DNA of 64,000 bases. Source: Phormidesmis sp. (GTDB taxonomy: Bacteria > Cyanobacteriota > Cyanobacteriia > Leptolyngbyales > Leptolyngbyaceae). Numbering within the stretch: position 1 is the stretch's first letter; every line of letters starts with the position of its first letter. Both the position numbers and the translations under genes were made by a program. A model generated the notes under the pieces. It was not told where the DNA came from and searched no databases. It saw only the letters and a program-made list of their open reading frames with translations. This document shows positions 31,455 through 42,923 of this stretch, piece by piece. Location: NCBI GenBank assembly GCA_965248535.1, contig CBDFJR010000005.1, forward strand, positions 1,792,001 to 1,856,000, read 5' to 3'.

Positions 31455-32984
31455 TCATCCCTCCTCAGCCTCAGCGCTCTCGGCTTGTTGTCGAGATTTG
31501 CTTCCTGCCAGGGCGATCGCCATCGCATCCACCACCCGCGACACCGGAATTACCTCCATTCCGGGCACGTCGGAATAGGAACCCTTGGGCACGATCGCCC
31601 GTTTGAATCCTAGTTTTGCCGCTTCTTTGAGCCGCAACTCCATTTGAGACACCGATCGTACCTGTCCGCCGAGACCTACTTCGCCGATCACGACAGTTTG
31701 CGGATCGATGGAGCGATCGCGGAAACTCGCCGCCACGGCCACTGCAATGCCCAAATCTGCCGCAGGCTCTCCCACGCTGAGACCGCCCGAAGACGCGACG
31801 TAAGCATCCAACTTCGACAGCGGAATGCCGACGCGCTTTTCGAGCACCGCCAAAATTTGCAGCAGTCGGTTGTATTCAATCCCGGTGGTTGATCGGCGTG
31901 GAGAACTGTAGCTCGTGGCGCTGACCAGCGCTTGCAGTTCTACGACGATCGGGCGAGTTCCTTCACAGGCGACGATCGTGGCCGTCCCGGTGGTGGCTTC
32001 GTCTCGGTTGCCCAAAAATAGCTCCGACGGGTTGAGCACTTCTTGCAACCCCTGATCGACCATTTCAAACACGCCGATTTCATGAGTTGCGCCAAACCGA
32101 TTCTTAACCGATCGCAACAGACGGTGACTGGCGAAGCGATCGCCCTCAAAATACAGCACCGTGTCTACGAGGTGTTCGAGAACTTTGGGCCCAGCGATCG
32201 CGCCTTCTTTGGTGACGTGTCCGACAATAAACAGCGTGATATTCTGCCGTTTAGCCACTTGCATCAGCACCGATGTGCACTCTCGCACCTGAGAGACAGA
32301 ACCTGGAGCCGACGTTAACGAACTGTAATAGAGCGCCTGAATGCTGTCAATCACAGCCACGGCGGGTCTGAGCGACTCTAATTCCACCAGAATCGTATCC
32401 AGATCAGTTTCAGGAAGCAAATAGAGATCAGCATCGGTAGCGATCGCATTTTTGGGCGTTGCAGCCTCTAATAAAGGCTCAGACTCATCGTTCTCAAAGG
32501 GTTCTGTCTGATTCCCAATGCCCAAACGCTGCGCCCTCAGCTTTACCTGCTGCCCCGACTCTTCAGCGCAAACATAGAGCGTCCGATATCGAGTTGCCAA
32601 TCGATTTGCCGTTTGCAGCAGCAGCGTCGATTTGCCGATTCCTGGATCGCCCCCAATCAAGACCAGCGAACCCGGCACAATGCCACCGCCCAGCACCCGA
32701 TCGAGTTCGGTATATCCAGACGATAAACGAGACTGAGGATGGTCAGTAATTTGATTTAAGGTCAGCGACGAAACCGCCTGGGCCGTGCCGTTGCGGGTTG
32801 AGGTGCGGCTTTTGCCATTGGTTCTCATCTGAGTCACCTGACCGATCGCGGTTGCAGCAGAAGTCGATCGAGACACCTGTTCTTCGAGCGAATTCCAGGC
32901 AGCACAAGAGGGGCAACGACCAAAATATTGAGGCGATTCTGCCCCACATTGGTTACAAACGAAGTGCGATCTGAGTTTTGGCAT
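31455..32984 (-). CDS. radA: DNA repair protein RadA/Sms
   Basis: N-terminal C4 zinc finger, GDPGIGKST, KNRFG, Lon-like C-terminus. Confidence 0.97.
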   Translation of the reverse strand: MPKLRSHFVCNQCGAESPQYFGRCPSCAAWNSLEEQVSRSTSAATAIGQVTQMRTNGKSRTSTRNGTAQAVSSLTLNQITDHPQSRLSSGYTELDRVLGGGIVPGSLVLIGGDPGIGKSTLLLQTANRLATRYRTLYVCAEESGQQVKLRAQRLGIGNQTEPFENDESEPLLEAATPKNAIATDADLYLLPETDLDTILVELESLRPAVAVIDSIQALYYSSLTSAPGSVSQVRECTSVLMQVAKRQNITLFIVGHVTKEGAIAGPKVLEHLVDTVLYFEGDRFASHRLLRSVKNRFGATHEIGVFEMVDQGLQEVLNPSELFLGNRDEATTGTATIVACEGTRPIVVELQALVSATSYSSPRRSTTGIEYNRLLQILAVLEKRVGIPLSKLDAYVASSGGLSVGEPAADLGIAVAVAASFRDRSIDPQTVVIGEVGLGGQVRSVSQMELRLKEAAKLGFKRAIVPKGSYSDVPGMEVIPVSRVVDAMAIALAGSKSRQQAESAEAEEG

Positions 32985-33155
32985 TACAAAAATTGTTGTG
33001 ATATTCCTTCACAAAATAGACAATCGTTAAGAAAGTCTGAGGGTCAGTAACGGTGAGGCTTTGACGAACTGAAAGTTGTGAAGTGGGTTACTATCTTAAT
33101 GATAAAGTACAAAAAATTAACGATCAGAGATTTGACCTAGGGAGCGTTAGAGAAG

Positions 33156-33887
33156 TTGGAAAATCATAAAGAAAAAATATTAGTGGTCGATGACGAGGCA
33201 AGCATTCGCCGCATTCTTGAAACTCGTCTTTCAATGATTGGTTATGATGTTGTCACCGCTGCCGATGGCGAAGAAGCCCTAGAAACCTTTCGCAACTCTG
33301 AACCGGATCTAGTCGTTCTCGATGTGATGATGCCCAAGCTAGACGGCTATGGCGTTTGTCAAGAACTGCGGAAAGAATCAGACGTGCCCATCATCATGCT
33401 AACAGCACTTGGAGACGTAGCCGATCGCATCACAGGTCTAGAGCTAGGCGCAGATGATTATGTCGTCAAACCCTTCTCTCCTAAAGAGCTAGAGGCTCGC
33501 ATTCGCTCAGTTTTGCGGCGCGTTGAGAAGACAGGCGCACCGGGGATTCCCAGTTCTGGCGTGATCCACATCAACACGATTCGGATTGACACCAACAAGC
33601 GTCAAGTTTATAAAGGCGATGAGCGCATTCGGCTCACTGGCATGGAGTTTAGCCTGCTGGAGCTATTGGTTAGCCGATCGGGAGAGCCATTTTCTCGATC
33701 GGAGATTCTCCAAGAAGTGTGGGGCTACACGCCCGAACGTCACGTTGACACCCGTGTTGTCGATGTCCACATCTCCCGCCTGCGCGCCAAGCTAGAAGAC
33801 GACCCCAGCAACCCAGAACTGATCTTGACCGCGAGAGGGACGGGTTATCTTTTCCAGCGCATTCTTGAGCCGGGCGAGATTGAGTAG
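33156..33887 (+). CDS. rpaB: OmpR-family response regulator RpaB (Ycf27)
   Basis: KEKILVVDDEASIRRILETRLSMIGY and HVDTRVVDVHISRLR; TTG start; divergent from radA. Confidence 0.95.
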   Translation: MENHKEKILVVDDEASIRRILETRLSMIGYDVVTAADGEEALETFRNSEPDLVVLDVMMPKLDGYGVCQELRKESDVPIIMLTALGDVADRITGLELGADDYVVKPFSPKELEARIRSVLRRVEKTGAPGIPSSGVIHINTIRIDTNKRQVYKGDERIRLTGMEFSLLELLVSRSGEPFSRSEILQEVWGYTPERHVDTRVVDVHISRLRAKLEDDPSNPELILTARGTGYLFQRILEPGEIE

Positions 33888-33939
33888 TTTCTAAAGAATT
33901 ATGAGTTTTGAGTCTCAACGATTCAGAACTCTTTTGGCT

Positions 33940-35223
33940 TCAGACACGATCGTGGATCAGATGAGAGCTAGGTGGTGGTTGAGTGGGCTGGGTTAAGGGC
34001 GCAACGTCAATCGGGCGAGCAGTTGGCACCGGAAGAAGGGAGTTGAGCAACTGCTGTTTAGCTGCATCGATCGTCTTCCAGTCGTCTAGCAAGATTCCGC
34101 CTGTGTCGCGACTGTTAGGGTTCCAACTCCAGTAGGCAAAACTGAGGTTGCGGCGCTGCAAAAACTCTACAAACTGTCGCTGCCAGATCCCTTCTTTAGA
34201 CGTTGCATCTACCTGCCGTCCTCCAAATTCGCCGATCAAAATAGGGGCAATTTTTTGTCGAGCAATGTAATAAAAGCTTGTTTCCCAGCGATCGTATAAA
34301 TTTTTTGGAAAATCTCGCTCTGAAAACCAGGGTTGATCAAACACGCCCGCCCCATATTCGTGGGGCGAATAGACGACTTTATTGCGAACCGACAGCCGGA
34401 CTGGAAACCGTTTGACCCCCTCTAGATTGCCACCCATCCAATGTCGTTTTAACGTCTGCCCAGGCACATTATTTTCAACGCCCTCGACCACAATCAGCCA
34501 ATTGCGATTGACCTTGAGAATGGCGTTTCCGGCTCGCTCTGCCGCCAGTCGCCAATCGGTTGCCCGATCGTAGGTGCCCCAGCTAGCGCGGCCGTGAGGC
34601 TCATTTTTTAAGTCAGCCCCAATCACATTAGGCTGATTTTGATAGCGTTTAGCCAACATGACCCAAGTATCGAGCCAATCTGCTTCGGTGAAGCCATCGC
34701 CATACCAGAGTTCGGGGATACGATCGTGGTTCAGTCGATGACTATCTAACAGCACCAGCAAGCCTTGCCGCCCCGCTTCTTGCACGACTAAATCCATCAC
34801 TTCTAACGAAGTTTTGCCTCGGAAGTCGCGATTGCTGCCCAATTCAAAATTAATGCTGCTGACCTTCGTTGCACTCGTGCCTCGGAGCGATTGCACCGAA
34901 TAAGGCAATCGGATTAAGTTATACCCCAACCCTTTGATCTGGGCCAGCATCTCTTGATAGTCTCTCGCCCACAACCCGTTTGGTGCTTGAGTTTCGCTCT
35001 CAAGACCAAACCAGTTAACGCCTCTGAGTAAGAGGGGGCGATTTTCTGCATCGACAATCTCAGCCCCTCGTGTTGAAAGCGGTAGTTGAATCGCATTAGC
35101 CGCCTGCGCTGACTTGAGTAAGGTTTGAGGGTAGAAAAATAATCCGCATAACAAGCTGACCAACGCTATCACGATCGTTCTGCGATAGGAGGCTTTGACT
35201 GATTTGATTGAGAATTTAGCCAT
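33940..35223 (-). CDS. Glycoside hydrolase family 5 endoglucanase, secreted
   Basis: GVNWFGLE, DLKNEPH (acid/base), YSPHEYG, IGEFGG (nucleophile), YWSWNPNS. Confidence 0.9.
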   Translation of the reverse strand: MAKFSIKSVKASYRRTIVIALVSLLCGLFFYPQTLLKSAQAANAIQLPLSTRGAEIVDAENRPLLLRGVNWFGLESETQAPNGLWARDYQEMLAQIKGLGYNLIRLPYSVQSLRGTSATKVSSINFELGSNRDFRGKTSLEVMDLVVQEAGRQGLLVLLDSHRLNHDRIPELWYGDGFTEADWLDTWVMLAKRYQNQPNVIGADLKNEPHGRASWGTYDRATDWRLAAERAGNAILKVNRNWLIVVEGVENNVPGQTLKRHWMGGNLEGVKRFPVRLSVRNKVVYSPHEYGAGVFDQPWFSERDFPKNLYDRWETSFYYIARQKIAPILIGEFGGRQVDATSKEGIWQRQFVEFLQRRNLSFAYWSWNPNSRDTGGILLDDWKTIDAAKQQLLNSLLPVPTARPIDVAPLTQPTQPPPSSHLIHDRV

Positions 35224-35571
35224 GACTACCTACTTTAAGTGAGGGATTGACTCGAACCATAAACGTCTCGTGGTTCAAATTTGATGTAACGTTTGAGAAA
35301 TTAAAGCCTGCGTATACAAAAGTTATATTTAATACTTACAAAAATATAATATCCGAGATTTTACATAAGCTTTTTGTATTTTTAGGTTTCTTTATCTGAT
35401 TCATATTCTTTTTTAAGGGAGAAGCCTTTAGTCTTGTAGAAAGGGTGTATGGCTTCCTGCCTCTCGCCTGTTTAGGCTAAAACCAGCCAGGCTAACTAGG
35501 CAGCGATTGCAAGAAACCATCATTTACATCTTTGCTATATTTGTCACCCAGAATACTCAGAATTGTCACCT

Positions 35572-36390
35572 ATGCCTGTATCTTCCCTTAGCAAGTTTTT
35601 GATACCAGCCACGATCGCCGCCGGAGCCGTCTTCTCGGTTTTAGCTACGCCCCTTGTTATCTTTGGCTCAGAGCCAGTCAATGCTCAGTTTCAAGGCGAA
35701 ACCTTTGACGGGCCGCTTAAAGAGTTGGCAACTCCTTATTTGGGGTTGGCGGGCCTACTGAGTTTGGGGGCTGGGGTCGCTGGCTTGGCGCTGACGGGTT
35801 GGCGACGCTCTGCCCAACAGTTCAACAAAGTAGAGCAGCAATTGCAAGATGTTCAGCAGCAGCTTAGAGAAAAAGAAATTCAACTTCAGTCCAGCCTGCT
35901 CTCTGATCGCCACCTCGATGCGTCTGGGTTAAGGTTCTTCCTCGACGATGAAGCGCTCCTTCAGCCCAAACTCACAGCAGCGATTAGCGCAAAGCAAAAC
36001 TCTGAAGAAACGGCTCAATCCCCGGTTCACGCAACCGCAATCATGCCATCGACGATCAGGGCCGTGAATCACGTCTCTCCAAGAGTAATGCCTCAGATGA
36101 GCGTCCAGGCTGCCGTTTTGCCCCTGTCTGCCGCTCAAGCGTTTCTCAGCTTTTCTCGCCCAAACGTCTCGACTCTTGCCCAAGCTCCTCAAGCCGATCA
36201 GCTTGGCGAACTGCAAAGTCAGCTTCAGCAAATTTTGTCTCAAATCGAAACCCTACAAGGAAGCCTGATAGCAACTCCCCAGCCTGCTCTCAACTCAAAC
36301 ACTTCTCCAGAAAACTTAGGCACGATCCCTCAGCTAAAGCAACGGCTGCAAAGTTTGGAGACTCAATGGGTGATGCAGAGAGCGTCCTAA
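35572..36390 (+). CDS. Hypothetical membrane-anchored coiled-coil protein
   Basis: Two hydrophobic segments followed by Gln/Leu-rich coiled coils. Confidence 0.7.
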   Translation: MPVSSLSKFLIPATIAAGAVFSVLATPLVIFGSEPVNAQFQGETFDGPLKELATPYLGLAGLLSLGAGVAGLALTGWRRSAQQFNKVEQQLQDVQQQLREKEIQLQSSLLSDRHLDASGLRFFLDDEALLQPKLTAAISAKQNSEETAQSPVHATAIMPSTIRAVNHVSPRVMPQMSVQAAVLPLSAAQAFLSFSRPNVSTLAQAPQADQLGELQSQLQQILSQIETLQGSLIATPQPALNSNTSPENLGTIPQLKQRLQSLETQWVMQRAS

Positions 36391-36516
36391 TCTTTAACGG
36401 AGTTTAGAACAGAGCGCTGTAAATCAGCCCAGCGGACTACAGAGACGTTGCAGACTTATTAATCAATGCAATTCTCTGTAGTCCACGTTTTGTTGAGGAA
36501 AGCTGAGATTTTTTCA

Positions 36517-37329
36517 CTAATGCAAAAATTCCTGGGGTGAGAGGGGGGCATCAATCTGCTTTTGCACGTTGGCTGCCCCTTTGGTTTGCATGGAGACTGC
36601 CTGCACAGGGACGATCGCGGGCGTTCCTAACAGTGGATTCATAGCACTCGAAGGCTTGGCAGCTTGGAGAACGGGCGGCGCGATCGCCAAGGCTTGCTCA
36701 GACTGCAAATAGCTTTTCCCGTCGGTTGTGAAACGAACAATCAAGCTTTCTCTAGGGACGTTTTCGGCTGGTTGCTCAACCTTGAGCGATCGATCTGCGG
36801 GATCTGTGACCGCTTGAAAGGTCACTCGCGGATCTGGCTCTAGATTGAGTCCTAGCTGAAGGTTGTGAGTTTGCCAATTTTCTAGCAGCTTGCCGCTAGG
36901 AGCTAGGGTCAACAGACTTAGGGTGGTCTGCCACTTACCATCCATCACAGCGATCGGCTGACGAGCCAAAATCGCATAGGTTGGCTCTTGATTAGTCAGT
37001 CGAGAGGAGTCTTTGACGATCTGAAGACTGCGCACGGCTTGAATCGTTATTCGTGTCTGATCGGGCAAGTTTGTTTGGCCGCCGACGCTATAAACTCCCG
37101 GCTGACTAGAGGGTGAGACTTGCATCGTCAATTCAGTTTTAGGCGATCGAGAGGGCAGACATCCTGCACAGATTCCCCCCAGCATTAGAGAAGTGAGGGC
37201 AAGGGTCAATCGAGACTGAGCGGGCTTCGTCAAAAGATGGCGTTGACCAGTCATGGTTAGGTGATGAAGAACAGGGGATCGGGACGCTTTTAACGAGTTT
37301 TGCAACTCATCTAGGCTGATTTTTCCCAA
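36517..37329 (-). CDS. Hypothetical lipoprotein with beta-rich domain
   Basis: Lipobox-like ICAGC after a hydrophobic stretch; GQTNLPD motif; real start probably downstream of 37329. Confidence 0.6.
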   Translation of the reverse strand: MGKISLDELQNSLKASRSPVLHHLTMTGQRHLLTKPAQSRLTLALTSLMLGGICAGCLPSRSPKTELTMQVSPSSQPGVYSVGGQTNLPDQTRITIQAVRSLQIVKDSSRLTNQEPTYAILARQPIAVMDGKWQTTLSLLTLAPSGKLLENWQTHNLQLGLNLEPDPRVTFQAVTDPADRSLKVEQPAENVPRESLIVRFTTDGKSYLQSEQALAIAPPVLQAAKPSSAMNPLLGTPAIVPVQAVSMQTKGAANVQKQIDAPLSPQEFLH

Positions 37330-37636
37330 TAGACGTGCACTGTCAACGCTAGACGATTCGAGATTTGCTAGATGGCAAAACGGGACTGATTAAAAACTTT
37401 TAGTTGAGTTCCCTCTCAAACGGGGAAGGTTAGAAGACAAGTTTGAGAAAGCTCTGAAGCTGCATCATTTGCAAAAGTGAATCGCAACCAGTGAGTGACA
37501 TTACCGTGTGTCTTGTTCTTTGTTAACAGCCTAAGCGCGGCATTTACTGAGAACGCAGCCAGCTTAATTTGTACCTTAAAGTTCTTTCTCTCAGACAATT
37601 TAAGGGCCGCCAACTCATCAGCAATCGTGTGAACAA

Positions 37637-39250
37637 GTGATGTCTTTGTCTAAGTACACCCATTTAAATAACCTTCTGTCGGTGGGAGCGGTTGCTTCGA
37701 TCGCTGCGTTGGGGGCGATCGGGCTATTTCAGTCAGAGTCTGCCCAGGCAAACCCAGTCGAGTCTTTGCCCAATCAGAAAGTGGCCCAAGTAAAAAAGCC
37801 GTTAGCTGAGATTCAAGTTTTGGCACCCGATCGGGTAAAAACTCAGATCGAAATAGCTGCGATTTCGCCTCCAGCACCTTCTTTTTCACCCCTCCTTCAA
37901 GAGTCTCGCGCTGTTGATCAAAGTGAAGATGATCTAATTCAGCAAATTTCGGGACAGTTCCCTGCGGCGCACGTTGAGAAAGTCTCTCAGCCTGTGCCTG
38001 TGTTGGTGACAGCGATCACAAACTCAGATATCGGACTTGAGCTTGTGCCTGCCCAGCCGCCCCTGCGCTTTTCGGCTCCGAGTTCTGAGGTGCGATCGCT
38101 CAATCCTGATTCCTTCCAAGAGTCGCCTGCGGCCCAAGCCACACCGCTCCCAATCCCTTTAAGCGAAACCCACAGCAAAGCGGGTCTGCTTTCGCAGTCC
38201 CCTTCTCTGAATCGGGCAGGCTCACTCATTTCGCCCGATCGTCCTTTTGTGCGAAGTACGGCGCTGACCCCACCTAACCTAACGCTGCAAGGGGTGTATC
38301 TGTATCAGGCGGATCAAACCTCTGCACGGGTGCGACTGACGGGCATTTACCCCCTTACGCCCAATGTTTTGGTGGGCGCAACGCTGGATCTCAGCACGGG
38401 CACGGCTTTTACAGACACGCCTAACGCTGGGTTTAACGTCACTGAGCTTTATTTAGCCACGTCACTCCGCGACCTGCCAAATTTGCGGTTTGTGGTTGGG
38501 CAGTTGGATCTAACGTCCTATTTCGATCGCAACAGCTTTGCTAAAGATGGAGCCAGTCAGTTTTTTAATCCGATATTCCAAACCAATCCTGCCCTCAGCG
38601 CGACCGGAATCGCCTCCCGTCCGGGGTTGCTGGTTAACTGGAGTGTCACCGACAGCCTTGAGGCAAAAGCGGCTGTTTTCTCATCCGCTAAAGGCTTGAG
38701 TGATTTCTCGCTAGATGGCTTTGCCGGAGAGTTGGGCATTCGCTATGGCAACGGCATTCTTCGAGGCACCTACGCCACCGATCGTGACGCTGGCTCTCGC
38801 AGTGGCTTCCGCGAGATCTTTCAAGTGGCGCGGGGAAACAGTCAAACAGGCTTGCTGAGATCCGATCGCGAAGAAGCCTACGGAGTCAACGCTGAATATT
38901 ATTTTCCACAGATCAAAATGGGCGTGTTTGGTCGCTATGGGCGCTATCACAACCTCGGCTTAGGCGAAGGAGGCGACACCTATAGCGGCGGGCTGACGTT
39001 TTTGGATATTTTTGCCCGCGACGATCGCTTAGGTCTTGCCTACGGTCGCGATTTATCCAATAACGCTTTGCGGCAGCGCAGTGGAGAGAATGCCCCAGAC
39101 GTGCTGGAACTATTTTATGATTTCCGAGTTTTGCCCAACCTGCGAGTGGGCTTCTCAGTTCAGGAGCGCAGCAACTTCTCAGAAGTGGTGGCCGGGTTTC
39201 GGCTCAAGACTGAGTTTGATGTGACACCCAAAGGAAGAGGGATGCAGTGA
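37637..39250 (+). CDS. Porin-like outer-membrane beta-barrel (carbohydrate porin/OprB-like) with long low-complexity N-terminus
   Basis: Signal peptide; C-terminal ~330 aa of alternating beta strands; GQLDLTSYFDRNSFAKD, LELFYDF, GFRLKTEF. Confidence 0.7.
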   Translation: MMSLSKYTHLNNLLSVGAVASIAALGAIGLFQSESAQANPVESLPNQKVAQVKKPLAEIQVLAPDRVKTQIEIAAISPPAPSFSPLLQESRAVDQSEDDLIQQISGQFPAAHVEKVSQPVPVLVTAITNSDIGLELVPAQPPLRFSAPSSEVRSLNPDSFQESPAAQATPLPIPLSETHSKAGLLSQSPSLNRAGSLISPDRPFVRSTALTPPNLTLQGVYLYQADQTSARVRLTGIYPLTPNVLVGATLDLSTGTAFTDTPNAGFNVTELYLATSLRDLPNLRFVVGQLDLTSYFDRNSFAKDGASQFFNPIFQTNPALSATGIASRPGLLVNWSVTDSLEAKAAVFSSAKGLSDFSLDGFAGELGIRYGNGILRGTYATDRDAGSRSGFREIFQVARGNSQTGLLRSDREEAYGVNAEYYFPQIKMGVFGRYGRYHNLGLGEGGDTYSGGLTFLDIFARDDRLGLAYGRDLSNNALRQRSGENAPDVLELFYDFRVLPNLRVGFSVQERSNFSEVVAGFRLKTEFDVTPKGRGMQ

Positions 39251-41602
39251 GCAGCGAAATTTTGACGAGCAAGCAACTCCGCCAGCCCAGACGATGCGAT
39301 CGCGCTGGAAGATTGACTTTAATGGTTTGTTTGGGGTTCTTAATCACCGGAATTCCCCTCGTGGCACCTTTGATTAATCCTCCTGGGGTGCAGGCTCAGA
39401 CGGTGCCCAATCAGGTGAGAGAAGGCTATGGCCAGTTGGGTCAGGGGTTAGTGGATGCGGCGATCGTTACCTTTCGCAGCGCCGTGCAGCGCTACCCCAA
39501 TTCGATAGAGGCGAAGTTAGGGCTAGCGATCGCCAATCGCCGCGCCGGACGCGATGCCGATGCGTGGCAGGCTTATCAGCAGGTGGTGGCTCAAGACCCT
39601 GACAATCAACTGGCCTTGAGAACGATCGGCGTTCTAGCGGCCTTTAAACCAGAGTGGCAAACCACAGGGATTGCTGCCCTGACCACTTTGTTAAAGCTGG
39701 CTCCTGCTGACACCGAAGCTCGTGCTCAACGGGCCTTGCTCTATGGTTATCAAGGGCGCTTTGCCGATTCGCTGTCAGACTATGAAATCGCCTTGCAGGG
39801 CAACCCCAGTGCCGATATGGTGCTTGGTGCGGCTCAGATCTATACCTATAGCGGCAATATTCAAAAAGGATTAGACCTGTTTGAGCGCTACCGTTTGGTA
39901 AGCAACAAAGCGATCGTGGGCAACGCTGCGATCGCCTATGCCCGCGCTTTGCGAAGCACTGGCAAGGCGGCCCAAGCCGTCCAGGTTTTAGAGACCCAGC
40001 TTCCTAATCAGACCAATGCTTTTGGCATTCAGGTTCGATCGGAGCTTTCGCAAGCTTATTTAGCCAATCGAGCAGCCTACTCAGGCGCTGTCTGTGCTCG
40101 ACCCGTTGCGCGATCGCCAAGATGCTCGTCTTGCTCTAGCGCGGGCGTTGAACGAAATCGGCAAACAAGAACATCGCCCTGACCTCTCTACTCAAGCGGC
40201 GGCGCTCTATCGTCAAGTCCTGACTGAAACGTCAAATCCGGCTTCGTCTCTGCGACGAGAGGCGGCAGACGTGCTGAGTGGCATTCCGGCAGATCAGACC
40301 TTAGCGCTGCAACTCTATCGGCAGCTTGTGCAGCAGCAGCCCGATGATAAGGTGCTGGTGATTCAGCAATTGGCGTTAGAAAGTCAGTTAAAAACTTTGT
40401 CTCAAACTGAGGTGCGGCAACGCCTGCGCCCCATTCTGCAACCGTTGCCTAGCGAGTCGGGACAGCAGTTCACGATCGCCCACGCTCTAGTCCGGTTAGA
40501 GCCTGATGCAGAATTTTTCTCGGTTTATCAAGCCCTGATTCAGTCTGGAGTCAACGAGCCGTTTTTGAACTTTCGATTGGCGCAACTGTTGATCGAGCGC
40601 AATGACTTCGCGGCTGCCCGAAGTGCTCTCGCTGCTTACCAAGCCACCGCGCCAGGTGCCAGCGATCGCGCCCCAGAGCTATTGTTAGCCGACCTCGATC
40701 GACGGCAGGGCAATCTTGATGCCAGCGCCAATCGCTATGAAATCTTGATTTCTAGCGGCTCACAAGATAGTGATCTGGTGGCGACCGCCACTCGTGGGTT
40801 AGCCGGAATTCGCCGATCGCAGAACCGATTTCAAGATGCGTTGGATTTATACGATCGATTGATTGCCAGCCATCCCAGCGATTTTCAGCTTCAACTTGGT
40901 CGAGCATCGATTGCTTATCAAGCTAAAAAAATCTCTGCAACTGAGGCAGAAGCTGTGATCGATCGCTTCTTGCAAACCCGTCCTTCAGAAAATCCTCCTG
41001 AACTTTATGGTCTGGTGGGTCTGCTGCCTGCCAACCCGCAGCGCGAAGCTCTCTACAATGCCCTAATCGAAGCCGATCCCGCTAATGTCTCGATTCAGGT
41101 GCGGCTAATTCAGCTTTTGGCGACTCGAAACCCTGACCAGGCGAGAGCGCAGGCCAATCGATTAATGGCACGGGTGCGGCAAACCTCGCCCGACGATCGC
41201 AGCAACGTCAGTCTGCTATTTCTCAAGGGGCAGTTAGAGCAAGCGTTGGGTAACTTGAATCAGGCTGAAGATGCCTATCAAGCGATCGTCCATCTCGAAC
41301 CTGACAACACCGACGCGCTCTCAGCCTTGGGCGGCGTTCGATTTCAGCAGAGACAGCTTGACTCGGCGGCTCAACTCTATTCTCAAGTGCTGAAGCTGCA
41401 TCCCGACGATGCGATCGCCCTCAGATCCCTAGCAGAGTTGACGGCGGCGCAGGGCAGACCCCTAGAAGCGATCGAGCGATTTGAGCAACTCAAAATTCAG
41501 CAGGGCGAATCGGGAGCGGCGGATCTGACGCGACGAGTTCACCAGCTACAGGAAGATATGCTCCGACAAAGAGGCTTTCAGCCGCCTTGGGAGCGCTATT
41601 GA
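39247..41602 (+). CDS. Periplasmic multi-TPR protein, split by a +1 frameshift near 40070
   Basis: Signal peptide and TPR-like helical repeats in both ORFs; frames join as YLAN|QQPTQALSVLDP; GTGA overlap with the porin gene. Confidence 0.8.
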
Positions 41603-41698
41603 GCATCTGAATCGATTTGGGCACCCTTAAACCTGAAGACCTGCGATCGTCACCCCTCGGCGATCGCAGCGCTGTTCTTAAGAGGAAGATTTTACAGA

Positions 41699-42923
41699 AT
41701 GCTGCGTTCTCTTCCACGGCTCATTCTCATTGCTGCTTTAGGAAGTTTGGCGGCTTGTCAAGCGTCTGTGCTGCCTTCGTCTCAGGCTTCTAGCCCAATC
41801 GTGACAGCCGCGATCGACCCGTCAGCCCGTTTGACCGAAAGCTGGAATGCCTATCGGCAGCGATTTATTCAGTCAGATGGGCGAGTGATCGACTGGGAAG
41901 CCACCGGACGATCGACCTCAGAAGGACAGGCTTATGCCATGCTGCGGGCTGTGTTTGCTAACGATCCCGATCGGTTTGCCCTGACGCTCAACTGGTCAGA
42001 AAATAATTTGCGGCGAGTCAATGCCGATCAAAAAACTCCTCGATCGCCTGTGGGCGTGGCAATGGGGACGTGACTCTAAAGGAAAATGGGGCACTCTAGA
42101 CAATAACTTTGCCAGCGATGCCGATATTGATGCGATCACCGCACTCATCTTGGCTTCTCGACGCTGGGGACGGGCCGAATATCTGACTCTGGCGCAAGCC
42201 AAGCTCAAAGATCTTTGGAAGTCGTCTACCGTCGTTGCCAATCATCAGCGCTATCTGCTGCCTGGCCCGATCGCAGCCTTTCAACAGGGAGAACGGCTCA
42301 TCTTAAACCCATCCTATTTAGCGCCCTATGCCTTCAGGTTATTTGCTCAAGTCGATGGCGATCGCGATTGGTTGAGCTTGGTTGAGAGCAGCTATCAGGT
42401 GTTAGAACGGTCTGCCAGCCTCTCCAAAGTGGGTTTGCCGAGTGATTGGGTCGGCTTAAATCTCAAAACAGGTCAATATTCGCGATTAGACGAACCGAAT
42501 ATCATCAGCCGCTATGGATTTGATGCCATACGAGTTTGGTGGCGAGTCTCGCTAGATGCGGTTTGGTTTGATGAGCCAAAAGCTAAACGCTATCTACAAC
42601 AGCATTTGAACTCTATGAAAACTCTCTGGCGATCGCAGCAAAAAATTCCGGCTCAACTCGATTTAGACGGGCAACCCCTCGTGAGCTATGAAGCCACGTC
42701 GCAATATGGAATGCTGTATGCCGCTTTTCGAGTCATTGACCCGGCGATCGCGCAACAGATTGAACAACAGAAGTTAGTGCCCACCTACCGAAACGGTTTT
42801 TGGGACAGCGATTCTGCTTACTACACCCAAAATCTGGTCTGGTTTGGGCTATTGCCCCCGGCCACGATCGCGCCTTATCTCTCTCCCTCTCGCAATGCTC
42901 CAAAACCCCCCTCTAATTCATGA
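41699..42923 (+). CDS. bcsZ: Glycoside hydrolase family 8 endoglucanase (BcsZ-like lipoprotein), split by an extra A in the run at 42030-42035
   Basis: Lipobox LAAC; TSEGQAYAM, ASDAD, NPSYLAP, YGFDAIRV; frames join as DQK|LLDRLWAW. Confidence 0.85.

Noticed and set aside
35224..35571. Possible c-di-GMP riboswitch near the cellulose locus
   Set aside because: No GEMM-type consensus recognised; looks like an AT-rich divergent promoter region
40060..42040. Programmed frameshifting in the TPR and GH8 genes
   Set aside because: No canonical slippery heptamer with a stimulator was seen, and similar insertions occur in unrelated genes
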